A DNA stretch of 64,000 nucleotides, taken from contig JASCQW010000027.1 of assembly GCA_030264375.1 (NCBI GenBank), positions 54,015,163 through 54,079,162 on the forward strand, written 5' to 3'. Position numbers and translations under genes: made by a program. This document shows, in pieces, positions 62,601-64,000 of this stretch. The notes under the pieces are model-generated. The model was not told the DNA's origin. It was given only the letters and a program-made list of their open reading frames with translations, and searched no databases. The stretch's first letter is position 1, and each line of letters begins with the position of its first letter. The stretch comes from Carcharhinus longimanus (lineage: Eukaryota).

Positions 62601-64000
62601 CTATTCATGGTCCTCTCTACAGCCTTCCGCCACTTCTCCATGCTGAAGCTGCCCATATAGTCATGATGTTTCTATACCTCCCCCCTCAGGCTCTTTGCAT
62701 GCTGGAGGACTCCTCCTCCTGAGTGATCAATGCCTAAAGCGCTCCATCAGATGCTTTATCAACACTGCCTACTCTACCCTCTCCTCAGCTTCCCCCTAAT
62801 TGACCAGGAGCTCATTGGCATGATGGAAGCTCGACGCCAAACTCCAAGCAAGTTTGGTCTCCTTCCTCAATGCACTTTTATCTGACTCCAGCTTTCTAAT
62901 GAAAGCAAACTACCTAACCTCTTGGCGTCAAATGCAGCAATGACCTCAGCTATCACCTCATTGCCACTCTTTAATTGGATTGGCCCTTAACAAGCTCTCA
63001 ATTGCCAGCTTTGATAAAGTGCACGCTGTTAACAATCAACTTGCTGTCCATCGCTGATAAAATGCGTATCTGGCATAATGACTTAGGAGGTCTGTTCTGA
63101 TGCCACCCCATTCAATTGTGTGCCCTTTTTAAGTTCATTTGCTATGGAGCTATAAAATCCCAGTCATTATTCAACTGAAAATGTCAGGGATATTGATATT
63201 GGAAGCAGCATTTGATAGTGATTTAGCAGAATGTTCAAACAATGGCTTGATTGATTATGTTGCTTATTGATAAAAGAAACTTCAAAGCCATTATACATTC
63301 AAATCTTACTGGGTTGAACATCATAATCATGTTCATATCACCTTTGAAATCCTTCTATTCTGCAACATTAAAGGGATATGGTTTCGAAAAGGCATTAAAT
63401 CAAAAAAATGAGGGGATAAAGAGTCTGAAATAATCCTCTGCATGAGAGTGATACAAAAAGGCTCAACCACATAAACAGGACACAATCTGAAGGAAGCATT
63501 ACATTTGAAAGAGGTCCTATCTATCTTGATTGCCATGTGCCAGATTTTTAGGAGAAATAATGAATGTATATTTTAAAGATTCAGACTTTCTTAGGAGGTC
63601 GTAACAGAGTTACATGCAAAGGTGGAAATAATTTAAAGGGATCATCAGTTAGTCTTGCTGTACTGCCTGTGGCTGTAGAAATGAAGGCAGCCTTTAAATT
63701 TTTGGCTGATAATTTGTTTCCAATCGCTGGTGAATGATTTTGGTGGAACTTGACAAGGCACTGGGACCATCTGTATTAAACAATTGACTGATGCATTGTT
63801 CTCTGAGGCAGGCAGGCTCATTAATTTCCACAAAAACACAGGGCAATAATTAGAGACAGCAACAAATCTATGTCACTTTCTCTTCCTCTGGAGTATAGGG
63901 TGTTGTCAACCATGTGCATGTGAAGATACATGTAGAAACACCAGAGCTAACATTGTGTGTTAAGTATAAAAGCTGCACGCTATTCAATATGCTGGTGGTC

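Noticed and set aside
51029-64000. Expected syntenic neighbour HDAC2 downstream of HS3ST5
   Set aside because: I recognised no HDAC-like exon or CpG-island promoter. If synteny holds, it lies beyond the window.

Overview
This is vertebrate genomic DNA from a cartilaginous fish, judged from shark-type HE1/V-SINE, SacSINE1-like, CR1 and Penelope repeats. It is a gapped draft assembly. The only intact protein-coding gene is HS3ST5 (heparan sulfate glucosamine 3-O-sulfotransferase 5) on the + strand, with two coding exons (39971-40077 and 50098-51028) that splice to a 345-aa type II membrane sulfotransferase. The rest is probably 5' intronic, intronic and 3' UTR/downstream sequence, densely filled with decayed mobile elements. 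These include CR1, L2, Rex1, RTE and Vingi/Ingi-like LINE fragments, several SINE families, PIF/Harbinger relics (transposase and Myb/SANT remnants plus non-autonomous derivatives), a probable solo LTR and Penelope-like termini. The most notable observations are: (i) Penelope-derived minimal hammerhead-ribozyme motifs, repeatedly in fold-back arrangements, one of which folds exactly at the ribozyme palindrome; (ii) an out-of-frame uORF overlapping the HS3ST5 start whose stop is the last three bases of the exon; (iii) a 25-bp-arm hairpin downstream of the gene; (iv) ~21-22-nt-phased GGCANTGCC arrays inside Harbinger-like elements. There is no prokaryotic-type system such as CRISPR. Repeat boundaries and family names were assigned by eye from recalled consensus motifs and are approximate.
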